Assembly: GCA_043718025.1 (NCBI GenBank)
Contig: JAYSWN010000158.1
Coordinates: 1-53,715 of the forward strand
Source: Pseudomonadota bacterium
GTDB lineage: Bacteria; Bdellovibrionota; FAC87; UBA2466
Direction of reading: 5' to 3'
DNA: 53,715 nucleotides
In this document: positions 9,861-18,538 of the stretch, in pieces
How the letters are laid out: every line of letters begins with the position of its first letter
How positions within the stretch are numbered: the first letter of the stretch is position 1
The notes under the pieces: model-generated
The model's input: only the letters and a program-made list of their open reading frames with translations
Told to the model about the DNA's origin: nothing
Databases searched by the model: none
Position numbers and translations under genes: made by a program

Positions 9861-10048
9861 AGATCGCTCTTTGAAAGCACATCGCTTTTTGCAAAGAACG
9901 CGTCAAAATCTCCACAGCGGCGTCAAGATGTTGTCGTAGCGCCCAAACGGCTCACGGCCATAACTCTTAGTTAAGATACCGTGGAGCGGGCTAAGAAGGA
10001 AGCCCCCGTGCGAGTGATTTTGATCAACCCTCTTTATTGCGTCTTGGC

Positions 10049-10612
10049 TCAGCAGCCAGAGTCGCAAAGATCGTATTGCGGCATGGGAAAGTCGTAAGCA
10101 TTTCCCCAAAAATAGTCGACCGAAAAATTTACGTTACCATTCTGAACGGGAAATTGAGTACCAGGCTGAGTCCAATAATAGAAATTAGAATCCATGTAGT
10201 TATAGAGATTTCCGAACTGCGTGTGACTCCACTGATTTGGGCAGTAATCGAACCAAAACTTTGAAAAATCGTACTGGTTGATGCGATTTCGCTGTGCGTA
10301 ACCCTGCCATTGGCGCCAGTAGCCATCCCAATACTGCTGTAATCGCGGATCGCGACGCATGTAATTATCGAGCGGCACGAAAGGATAATACTGCGATGGC
10401 TGCCCCATTGGCATTTGCGGACGGAAGTTACCCATTGGGGTTTGAGGAAAAAAAGTATTCGGCGCAAAGTTACCACCCGGTGCGTAGCTCGGGGGCGCGG
10501 GGGCTTTATTTGGTGCGATAGGCGTGCCCAGCGGACGAATCGGGTCGTTTTTTCCGCACGAGATCAAAGCCAGCGAAATAAAGGCAATTAAAATAGCTTC
10601 AGGCCAACGCAT
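10049..10612 (-). CDS. Hypothetical lipoprotein, Pro-rich linker and Trp/Tyr/Gln/Asn-rich domain
   Basis: ATG at 10612 follows AGGAG. Lipobox LISC, with compositionally biased mature region. Confidence 0.75.
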   Translation of the reverse strand: MRWPEAILIAFISLALISCGKNDPIRPLGTPIAPNKAPAPPSYAPGGNFAPNTFFPQTPMGNFRPQMPMGQPSQYYPFVPLDNYMRRDPRLQQYWDGYWRQWQGYAQRNRINQYDFSKFWFDYCPNQWSHTQFGNLYNYMDSNFYYWTQPGTQFPVQNGNVNFSVDYFWGNAYDFPMPQYDLCDSGC

Positions 10613-10808
10613 AACATCCACTCCTAAAATATCCGGTAATACCTTGATGCGTTATCCTAGCACCGGACAAACTCTCTCCACGAAGTGTGTATACGAGAAG
10701 TGTGCCAAAGTGATTTGAACGTAAGATGTGCTTGATTTTCGAAGCAAACCCGCCACGTTCGAGGCAGCGGTGACATTTTTGGGCGTACTTCAATTTTCTT
10801 CGGATTCT

Positions 10809-11069
10809 TTATGACGGCGAGTGAATCGCTCTATGCAGCGCGCGGTGGTGACGGTGACAGAGAAACGCTAGATTCTCAATTTGATTAAGCCCGCCCTGTG
10901 CCACCGCAACGCGATGATGAAAATCCAGCCATTTCTTCTGGTCGAAACGCCGGTTGTCTTGGGAAACGTAAGAACACTGCGCTCCTTGCCGGCGCACAAC
11001 GGCGTGACGAACGGCGGCGGGGATTGGACAGCGTGGCGGTTTCCTTGGCGTTTCACTTAAGGGAAGAGT
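10809..11069 (-). pseudogene. Degenerate HNH endonuclease (C-terminal remnant)
   Basis: The frame reads PIPAAVRHAVVRRQGAQCSYVSQDNRRFDQKKWLDFHHRVAVAQGGLNQIENLAFLCHRHH. It is bounded upstream by in-frame TAG/TGA with no credible start, and Phe sits where a second Zn-ligand Cys is expected. Confidence 0.7.
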
Positions 11070-11543
11070 CTAGCTTTTCACCTTGGCGCTGCCGAGTTGT
11101 GCTGTACCGTGGAGGCGCCACTTAATTTGCCACGGCCACTTTCAATTGGTTCCCCTTCCTTGTCTTAAGGTCATCGCCCGAGGTTATTTTTTGCGCGAGG
11201 CTTCGATTCGGGTGGGTTGTTTCATGTGGAAATTATCTGGCTTCGAAATGACTCTGATTTTTTTTCTTCTTTTTTTCGTAGAGAAAAATTTAAAAAAAAC
11301 TCCGCGAACGGGTGGAACGCTTTTGATTTAGTTCGCTTGGCTAGCCCAGCATAAAGAATCGTCGCCTAACCAATTAGGGACAACTCTAGGGCGCGCTTCG
11401 CCGTTTTTCGTCACTGAATAGTTTGGAAAGGGTGTCAACGTATTGGCTTTGTACCTAGCGCACAGACAGTTTCGGTGGCCGATGAATTGCTCATAGCCTA
11501 TCTAGTTCCTTCATCGTCGGATGGGGAACAGCCTGGGGGGGCT

Positions 11544-12173
11544 ATGCTATTTTCTCGACGCACAATCTCTTTTTTCTTCTTAGTCGGTCTGCTCATTTTA
11601 CCGACGGCGTGTTCTAAAAAAGTAAGCCCCGCTTTAAAGCGAGCCGGACGAGTTTCCGCCCGCCCTCTGCCTAGACTTCCAAAACCGTCAAAGCCGGCTG
11701 GAAATCCTCCGGCCAATCCTCCGGCGGCCGACACTAATCCCGTGAAAGAGCCTTCGCGAATTTACTTGGGCAAAGTCACCCTCGACTACAAAATGGAATA
11801 TGCCCTCGCCCAGCAGGGTTTTGAACCCGCAAAAAATTGCTTTCAATACGTTTGGAGCAACGAAGTAGAATCTATTGAAATCAGCGCCGGAGCTTGCCCG
11901 GCCGATGGCAAACTTAGCGCATGGACAAAAGTGGTAAGCACCCTCTACTTTTACAGTCCCGACACCACACCAGTTTTCGAAATTTATCACGCCAGCGATA
12001 GCTTGGTGAAGTTAGGTTACATGATTGAAGATTTTTCGGCGCCGGGTAACGCCTATGTGTTTGATTTATGCACTGGGGATTATCTTAACAACGAAACCAG
12101 CGGCAAGTCCGGCTGTAGCTTTAGCTTCAAAGACGGCGTGATAACCGATCTCACTATTCAATCCTCGTTGTAA
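11544..12173 (+). CDS. Hypothetical lipoprotein
   Basis: ATG at 11544 follows a G-rich RBS. Lipobox PTAC, Pro-rich linker, then a beta-rich domain with 4 Cys. Confidence 0.7.
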   Translation: MLFSRRTISFFFLVGLLILPTACSKKVSPALKRAGRVSARPLPRLPKPSKPAGNPPANPPAADTNPVKEPSRIYLGKVTLDYKMEYALAQQGFEPAKNCFQYVWSNEVESIEISAGACPADGKLSAWTKVVSTLYFYSPDTTPVFEIYHASDSLVKLGYMIEDFSAPGNAYVFDLCTGDYLNNETSGKSGCSFSFKDGVITDLTIQSSL

Positions 12174-12290
12174 GTGACAAAACACGGCAACTAACTCGCC
12201 TAGTTACTCTACAGAATACGATTTCAAAGCAATTTAGGCTCAGCTCAAATTGGTACTCAGCTTGCTTTCATAGTCAGCGGGAGTAGTGGG

Positions 12291-14207
12291 ATGAGAAACA
12301 ATCTAGCGTTTCTATTAATTGCAGTCTTAGTTTTTAATGCCGCGATGCCGGCCGCTGCCCAAGATCCGGCCAAGGAGTCCCACGGTATTTTCCAACCGGG
12401 TCTCTTTTTAGCCCAGCTGCCGAACGTGGCTCCGCCCAATCCAGATCAGGTGGCTCCCGTGGCGCCAGCCGTACCAAAAACACCCCTGCCAAATGCCGAA
12501 GCAGCGGTAAAAAATCCGGTTACCCAAGCGCTACCCTCGAACGAGCCACATTCGGCGGTGCTGAAATATTTGTTCGATGATGATTCGGATCCGTTGACTC
12601 TTTATTTTATGTTACCCGTCGTCTCGATTTGGCGATTAAATGCCTTGCGCAGTCTGTGGACCAGCATTCCGGCAGCGTCGAGAGCAAAATTGGAGTTTAA
12701 ATCTTGGAATTTCAATTCTTCCGAAATGAAAAAGGTCAAAGCGACCTTAAAGATTCTGCAAAAAACTTCGGCGGCCAAAATTCAAAAAATAGTCGATGCC
12801 GCTGAGGTTTACGATAAGCGTTTGCATGAGGTTGACGTGCTCACCCAAGAGCTAAGGGGCCATTGGAAAATTTCTGGAGATAAGAAGACGTTACAGCGAT
12901 TGGACAATGCGATTGAATCGTGGACGAGCAAGATGGATTTTGCCCCCTTGGCTGCGTTTGTTAGTGCCGAGAGAAATGGCGGACGGTTCAAGGGTAAGCT
13001 AGGCCAAACGTGGCTAACTAATTTTGACCTATGGAGCGCCGGAGAGCGCGCTGACGCCCAGCCGCTCGCTGAGTCCTGGAATGATTTAGTAGCCGACATT
13101 AATAAGGGTATGTCTACCACCACTCAAGAACCATCTTTGCGAATTAAAGATCAGGGTGGAAACCATTCGCCCGGTGACTTATATGCGAATGGCATCGGTA
13201 CCATGAAACACAGTGACATCGCCCGAAAGGCTAACGAAACTTGCTTTAACTCAATAAAGCAACTTGGGGAACGGCGCATAGTACTGCGTGGCCAAGTAGG
13301 ACCGCTTGGATTGCTAAACCAGTCCTCGAAAATAGTCATGCCCTTCGGAACCGTCTCGCTTTCTGGATTTTTCTTTTGGTTACACCTAAAGACCTACCGG
13401 TCTTCCCTCAAGAAATACAACGGAAAGTCTCCCGAAGTGGCGCGCGCCGAAAACACGTTGAAAGCCACGGTAGAAAACGAAGTTACCATTCGCGCCGAAT
13501 CCAGTATTGATGCGCAGGTGGAAAAGTACCAAGATCAGCTCGCCCCCTTCGTAGATCTAGTGGCGGCTAACCTTTCAGAAAATGGCCACCTCATTCTGAA
13601 TAAACTAGAAGAATACAAAAAACTGAATCCTGAAGCGAACATCGACGCGGTGAAAATCGAAGCGCTGTTCAAAGACACGAAACTTTTAAAGAAAAAAGTG
13701 CGCGAAGTGCTTCCTTACGCCAGTCAAAAGCTTGGTAAAGATCTTAGCGTCAACCAACTCCTCTCTTTCTTGGCGCTGATTACCAAACCCGAGACGCAGA
13801 AAGACTCGGAAGACGCTCACAAACGCTTTCTTTACGCTATTTACTCCAAATTACTAGACAACGCCTTGCCAGAATTAGAGTCGGCGATAGAAGTGCAGCA
13901 GGAATTGATCACCGTGGGTGCCGGGCAGCACTTTAGTAAACTCTATAAAAACGAACTGGTGCCCAAGCTCCTGCCCGAACTGCGCAAAATGAAGATCACA
14001 GATCCCACCAATGTAACTCCGCTTCCGGTGTTACCGCTCAAAGAACCGGATGCGGCTGGCCCGACCCTAAAGGCGGTTTCATTGAACGAAAACCCCAATG
14101 GTTCGGCTCCCACAATGGGAAAGGCGAAGACTACAGAACTGGTTTCTACCCCCGTTCTGTCTTCATCAACCCTCATTATGTCGCAATTTCCGCCCGCGCA
14201 AAAATAG
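12291..14207 (+). CDS. Hypothetical exported protein (638 aa)
   Basis: Long ORF with GGGAG RBS, Sec signal peptide (…PAAA/QD), Pro-rich ends and a predicted helical core. Confidence 0.75.
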   Translation: MRNNLAFLLIAVLVFNAAMPAAAQDPAKESHGIFQPGLFLAQLPNVAPPNPDQVAPVAPAVPKTPLPNAEAAVKNPVTQALPSNEPHSAVLKYLFDDDSDPLTLYFMLPVVSIWRLNALRSLWTSIPAASRAKLEFKSWNFNSSEMKKVKATLKILQKTSAAKIQKIVDAAEVYDKRLHEVDVLTQELRGHWKISGDKKTLQRLDNAIESWTSKMDFAPLAAFVSAERNGGRFKGKLGQTWLTNFDLWSAGERADAQPLAESWNDLVADINKGMSTTTQEPSLRIKDQGGNHSPGDLYANGIGTMKHSDIARKANETCFNSIKQLGERRIVLRGQVGPLGLLNQSSKIVMPFGTVSLSGFFFWLHLKTYRSSLKKYNGKSPEVARAENTLKATVENEVTIRAESSIDAQVEKYQDQLAPFVDLVAANLSENGHLILNKLEEYKKLNPEANIDAVKIEALFKDTKLLKKKVREVLPYASQKLGKDLSVNQLLSFLALITKPETQKDSEDAHKRFLYAIYSKLLDNALPELESAIEVQQELITVGAGQHFSKLYKNELVPKLLPELRKMKITDPTNVTPLPVLPLKEPDAAGPTLKAVSLNENPNGSAPTMGKAKTTELVSTPVLSSSTLIMSQFPPAQK

Positions 14208-14831
14208 GTGGCCGATGGCGCCGCGAGCGTGCCAAAAACAATAGGTGAGCGCCGCCCCGGCACTCAAACGATGCAGCCAGTAAATGGTCATGTCTTGCGG
14301 GGCATAGGTGAAGTACACGAAGAAAGGGCCGAGCAATTCGTTCACCACGAACAACGGCATAAAAAGTCCCAGTGCCGTGCCAACCGAGAATACCAATACC
14401 GATCGCGTCGATTCAAAAATCAGCACTTGAGTAAAAATGGCCACCCCAAGGGAAACCGCCGTTTCGGAATAATCTAGTGTCTCCCTAAAATTTCCCAAGC
14501 TATACGCAAAGGACAGCACCGGAATCAGCATCAAAACAGTGACCAGCATGACTCGCGGTAGTCCTCGATAACTCTCTGAATTTTCGTTGTAGAGCAGGTA
14601 GGCCGTGGGAAAGACTAAAAAGAAGAAGCTTCCAACGTAGAGAAATAGGCCTTTGAGTAATAATTCAAATCCCGCGTACGGAATGTACGCCCGGGCACCG
14701 TGCCCCCAGCCAGCTGCCTTGAATAAAAGCGCCGCGGGTATAAACACCCACGAAATGACGAACGTCGTAATTACCGCCCGCCAAGCCTTAGTTGGCTCAG
14801 AGCTATCCTGGTTCTCGTTTTGGTTTTCCAT
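14166..14831 (-). CDS. Hypothetical integral membrane protein
   Basis: 221-aa ORF with about 6 hydrophobic segments. Confidence 0.65.
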   Translation of the reverse strand: MENQNENQDSSEPTKAWRAVITTFVISWVFIPAALLFKAAGWGHGARAYIPYAGFELLLKGLFLYVGSFFFLVFPTAYLLYNENSESYRGLPRVMLVTVLMLIPVLSFAYSLGNFRETLDYSETAVSLGVAIFTQVLIFESTRSVLVFSVGTALGLFMPLFVVNELLGPFFVYFTYAPQDMTIYWLHRLSAGAALTYCFWHARGAIGHLFLRGRKLRHNEG

Positions 14832-14890
14832 ATTCTGGAATTATAGCTCAGTTTTTTACATCCTATGCCTCGCTGGGTTAGAATTTGGCC

Positions 14891-15889
14891 ATGTCATTTC
14901 TCAACCCCGTTCCTGATGCCCTCTTTTTTGAAGGACGAAAAGACGATCCGCGCCTCGGCGGGTGGGTAAAAGCACGCTCGAAAGGGCTTCCCCCGCTCGA
15001 CTCGTTTAAAAAGAAAAAAGCAATCGTCATTGTATTTGGATCACCCGATGATGAAGGGGTTCACCGTAACCGCGGCCGCCGCGGCGCCCAAGGCGGGCCT
15101 AACGGCATTAGGGCCCATCTCTATAAGATGACCCCCCCGATGGACTTGGCCTGGGAGGAAAGGCTCGAACTCTGGGACTTTGGAAATATCATTCCCGCGG
15201 GCGACATCATCCAAAGTCACGAGCGCAGTGAAGAGGCGGCGCGCGCAATTTCGGCGGCCGGGGCCACGGTAATTGCACTCGGCGGAGGGCACGACTTCTG
15301 CGCACCGCACGTAAAGGGTTTTTTGGAAGGGCAGCAAGAGCGCAAAAAGAAGAAGCCCACTTTCGCCCTGCTAAATATAGATCCGCACCTCGACATGCGA
15401 CCCACCACCGACAATGGCCCCAACAGTGGCACGCCGTTTCGCCAACTTTTAGAGAGCAAACTACTACCTGGCAGAAATCTGGTGGCCTTTGGCACCCGTG
15501 CCAACCGTAACAGCCGCGAGCACTACGCTTTCGCCAAAGCGCACAAAGTGAAAATCCGCACTTGGGAAGGGTTGGCACTTTCTAAACGAGGAATCGTAGG
15601 AGAGTTTGCTTTGGACCTTGGGGCCCTTTCCCGCCAAGCAGATTTGGTAGGCGTGACGATCGATCTAGACTCGTGCAGTGACGCCGAAGGCACCAGTGCG
15701 CCCCCGGTACTTGGCTTTTCGACGTGGGAACTTTGCCAAATGGCTTACCTCTGCGGAAAGAATAAGCGGGTGAAGTTTTTTGAGTTGGCCGAAGCCGCCC
15801 CCGCACTAGACTTTAACGAACGTATTGCTCGCATTGGAGCCGAAATTTTGTATTCTTTTTTGCGCGGACGCGCCGAAGCTAAAGCGTAG
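14891..15889 (+). CDS. hutG: Formimidoylglutamase (arginase/ureohydrolase family)
   Basis: DDPRLG, DEGV.RN.GR.GA..GP, GGGHD, NIDPHLDMR, NSGTPFRQL and TIDLD metal-binding motifs. Confidence 0.85.
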   Translation: MSFLNPVPDALFFEGRKDDPRLGGWVKARSKGLPPLDSFKKKKAIVIVFGSPDDEGVHRNRGRRGAQGGPNGIRAHLYKMTPPMDLAWEERLELWDFGNIIPAGDIIQSHERSEEAARAISAAGATVIALGGGHDFCAPHVKGFLEGQQERKKKKPTFALLNIDPHLDMRPTTDNGPNSGTPFRQLLESKLLPGRNLVAFGTRANRNSREHYAFAKAHKVKIRTWEGLALSKRGIVGEFALDLGALSRQADLVGVTIDLDSCSDAEGTSAPPVLGFSTWELCQMAYLCGKNKRVKFFELAEAAPALDFNERIARIGAEILYSFLRGRAEAKA

Positions 15890-15895
15890 AGTTCA

Positions 15896-16225
15896 TCACC
15901 AAACCGGATTTTTCCAAGCGGGATTCTCCCATTTTTGATTTTTCCATTCTGGATTTTTCATTTCGGGAGACTGCATCGGGGTATTTTTCATTTCCGGATT
16001 TTTCCACTGCGATTGCTGAATTGAGTCCGTGGTCCATTCCGGGTTTTTCCAATCGGGGTTTTTCCAGGGTTGATTGCCGACACCGCTCCCACTTCCACCG
16101 GCAGCACTTGCGTTACCGCCGCCGAATGCCGATTTTAACCGTTGAACTTCGTCTGGTTTCAAAGGGGCCAGCTCGGCCCGCAACGGAACGGAATGAAAAA
16201 GCAGCACTAAAAAGAGAAATCTCAC
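15896..16225 (-). CDS. Small secreted protein with (W/M)KNP(E/D) pentapeptide repeats
   Basis: GTG start follows GGGA. Signal peptide (…PLRA/EL), Gly/Ser linker and about 10 repeats of a WKNPE-like unit. Confidence 0.7.
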   Translation of the reverse strand: MRFLFLVLLFHSVPLRAELAPLKPDEVQRLKSAFGGGNASAAGGSGSGVGNQPWKNPDWKNPEWTTDSIQQSQWKNPEMKNTPMQSPEMKNPEWKNQKWENPAWKNPVW

Positions 16226-16440
16226 TCCCTAATTGTGTCAGAGATCGCCCTTCAAAATCTACCCTCGGTCACCACCTGGGTCCCTATGCGCCTGAACTTT
16301 TTTAGTTCAACCAACTCTTCGCGATTTCCCAACACTTTCCAATTTGGAGAGCCTTACCTATCCGATCCCTCCAGCCTCTGAACAAATCTAACACTATCTT
16401 AAAAAAGCGAACTTACGCGGGAAAACAGCTAGTAAACTTG

Positions 16441-16586
16441 TTATCAACAGGCTGTGGATAACTATATTAACCATCTGTTTATATTGACTAAAAACCATGA
16501 CACAACCAGAGCCTTGCTACGCTTGCCTTGGCGGCTGATTCAAAGTGTCATGCACAACAAAATCATTGGCTTAGCACTGTGGACCC
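16441..16586. promoter_or_regulatory. DnaA-box cluster upstream of dnaA-like gene
   Basis: TTATCAACA (16441-16449) and perfect inverted TGTGGATAA (16453-16461) form a closely spaced pair. Weaker boxes are TCATGCACA (16548-16556) and TGTGGACCC (16578-16586). Surroundings are AT-rich. Confidence 0.65.
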
Positions 16587-16667
16587 AAACTGATATTTTT
16601 TTATTCAAAAACACCCTACCCGTTTTTGCCAGGTGATCTTTCAGGTCGCTATAACCATCAATCGTTC

Positions 16668-18131
16668 ATGATGCACCAACTAGACTGGAACGCTGCTATC
16701 TGTCAGCTCAAGGAGGTATTGCCTCCCACCCAATTTCAAAACTGGGTGCAGCCGGTCTCTTTTCTTCGAACCGGAGAAAAGAGCGTGGTCCTAGGTGTGC
16801 CTAGTCGTTTTCATGAAGAGTGGGTGCGCCTTCATTACACTCGCGAAATTACCGCCGCGTTAAAGAAGCAGACCGGGGCCGAGCTTCAGCTCGAATTTGA
16901 AATTTTGATTGGCGAAGAAAATCAAAACGCCGCCGAAGCGGCGATCCCCCTTCCCCCTTCCCCTCCTCAGCGTCCTACGTTGCGCATTGTGGGTGGCGGC
17001 GCCAGCGCTACGCCGGCCCCCCCGAAGGCGTTGCCCGAAGCCGAATCGCTACCGCACTTCAATTTAGATCCCGGCCTTCCCAATTTTTCGGGACCGTTCA
17101 TGGAATTCGGCTTCAATCGAATGGCGCTTGGCTTTAGCCGCGAGTTTTCGAAAATTGGAAAACTTTCATTCCCCTGCTTGATTCTCAATGCCGGAGTGGG
17201 AATGGGAAAAACCCATCTCCTCGCTGAAATCGGTCTGATGTTCCAAAACACCCACCCCACGGCGCGCATCCGCTATGTGAGTGGCGAAAGCTTCGGCGCT
17301 GAATACGTACGCGCATTGAAGTCTAACTCGCTTGCCGATTTTAAATGGAAGTACTCGCAACTCGACTGCTTGCTTTTCGACGATCTGCACCAATTTTCAG
17401 GCCCAAAATTTCAAGAAGCGCTCCTTTTTGTTTTTAACGAAATCACCAACCGGGGTGGCCGGATTGCCTTCGGAACGTCTCAACCGATCAACCGCATCAG
17501 TGATCTGATTGAGCCGCTCCGATCGCGCCTGCAATCGTCGATGGTCTGCGAAATCAGCCCCCCCAATTACGATCAGCGGGTGGAATTGCTATCGCGCGCC
17601 TGCGAACAAAATCGCATTGCCGCTGACGGCATGGTGTTACGCCGGCTGGCCTCGCAGGGCCAACGTGACGTGCGTGAAATCTTAGGCTCACTGCTCAGCC
17701 TTCACCTGCGCGCCACAATCTCTCAGCAGCCGCTCGAAGAGTCGTTGAGCCAGCACGAACAAGAGCAAATCGAACAGCCCAGTCGCGACCCGATCAACCT
17801 CAATGAGATTGTGCTGTTAGTAGAGCACAATTTTTTGATGTCACGCAGCGACTTGGTTTCGAAAAGCCGCAAAGAGGCTCCTACCTGGGCTCGCCAAGTG
17901 GCGATGTACCTTGCCCGCACTTACACGCTACTTCCGCTCGAAGAGATTGGTACTTTTTTTGGACGCGACCACGCCACCGTGGTGCACTCATTTCAAAAAG
18001 TGGTGGATTCAATGGAAGCGCACCCGCAAAAACGATATCAGGTGGAATTCCTAAAGAAAAAGTTGCAGGCCCGCGCCCCACGCAGTAACTCAGAAGGCGC
18101 ATGTCTTACCCCCTCTACCGAGCTGTTTTAG
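16668..18131 (+). CDS. dnaA: DnaA-family replication initiator (divergent, probably second paralogue)
   Basis: Domain I (W...L...L....FQNWV), Walker A AGVGMGKTHL, Walker B LLFDD, LRSRL, and domain IV ARQVAMYLAR…EIG..FGRDHATV. Confidence 0.85.
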   Translation: MMHQLDWNAAICQLKEVLPPTQFQNWVQPVSFLRTGEKSVVLGVPSRFHEEWVRLHYTREITAALKKQTGAELQLEFEILIGEENQNAAEAAIPLPPSPPQRPTLRIVGGGASATPAPPKALPEAESLPHFNLDPGLPNFSGPFMEFGFNRMALGFSREFSKIGKLSFPCLILNAGVGMGKTHLLAEIGLMFQNTHPTARIRYVSGESFGAEYVRALKSNSLADFKWKYSQLDCLLFDDLHQFSGPKFQEALLFVFNEITNRGGRIAFGTSQPINRISDLIEPLRSRLQSSMVCEISPPNYDQRVELLSRACEQNRIAADGMVLRRLASQGQRDVREILGSLLSLHLRATISQQPLEESLSQHEQEQIEQPSRDPINLNEIVLLVEHNFLMSRSDLVSKSRKEAPTWARQVAMYLARTYTLLPLEEIGTFFGRDHATVVHSFQKVVDSMEAHPQKRYQVEFLKKKLQARAPRSNSEGACLTPSTELF

Positions 18132-18538
18132 CCCTTCACCTTATTGCCGTAATCTCTTGGATGGCGGGAATTCTCTATTTATTCCGCCTTTTCGTTTACC
18201 ACGCGACGGAAAAGGAGCGGGTGGTGCGCGACCGATTCGAAATGATGGAATCGCGACTAAACCGCCTTATCGTCCACCCGGCCATGGGCGTCAGTCTATT
18301 GCTCGGCATGAGCCTACTCGCACTCAACGTAGAGCTGTTTAAAAAACCGTGGATGCACGGCAAACTCACCTTGGCGCTGGGGATGGTAGCGGTCACCATT
18401 TTTGCAAGCAAGATCATGCGGGAATTGAAAGCGGGTAAGGCCCGCTACTCAGATCGCGGGTTTCGCCTCTTAAACGAGGTACCTACCCTTTTGATGATCG
18501 GCATCGTGTTTCTAGTGATTATGCGGCCTTGGAATTAA
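18101..18538 (+). CDS. hemJ: Protoporphyrinogen oxidase HemJ (CopD family)
   Basis: ALHLIAVISWMAGILYLFRLFVYH, W..GKL and RLLNEVPT motifs. 4 TM. Confidence 0.9.
   Translation: MSYPLYRAVLALHLIAVISWMAGILYLFRLFVYHATEKERVVRDRFEMMESRLNRLIVHPAMGVSLLLGMSLLALNVELFKKPWMHGKLTLALGMVAVTIFASKIMRELKAGKARYSDRGFRLLNEVPTLLMIGIVFLVIMRPWN

Noticed and set aside
11083..11331. 82-aa plus-strand ORF
   Set aside because: No RBS, runs through homopolymer-rich DNA of the decayed HNH locus and has no recognisable motif.
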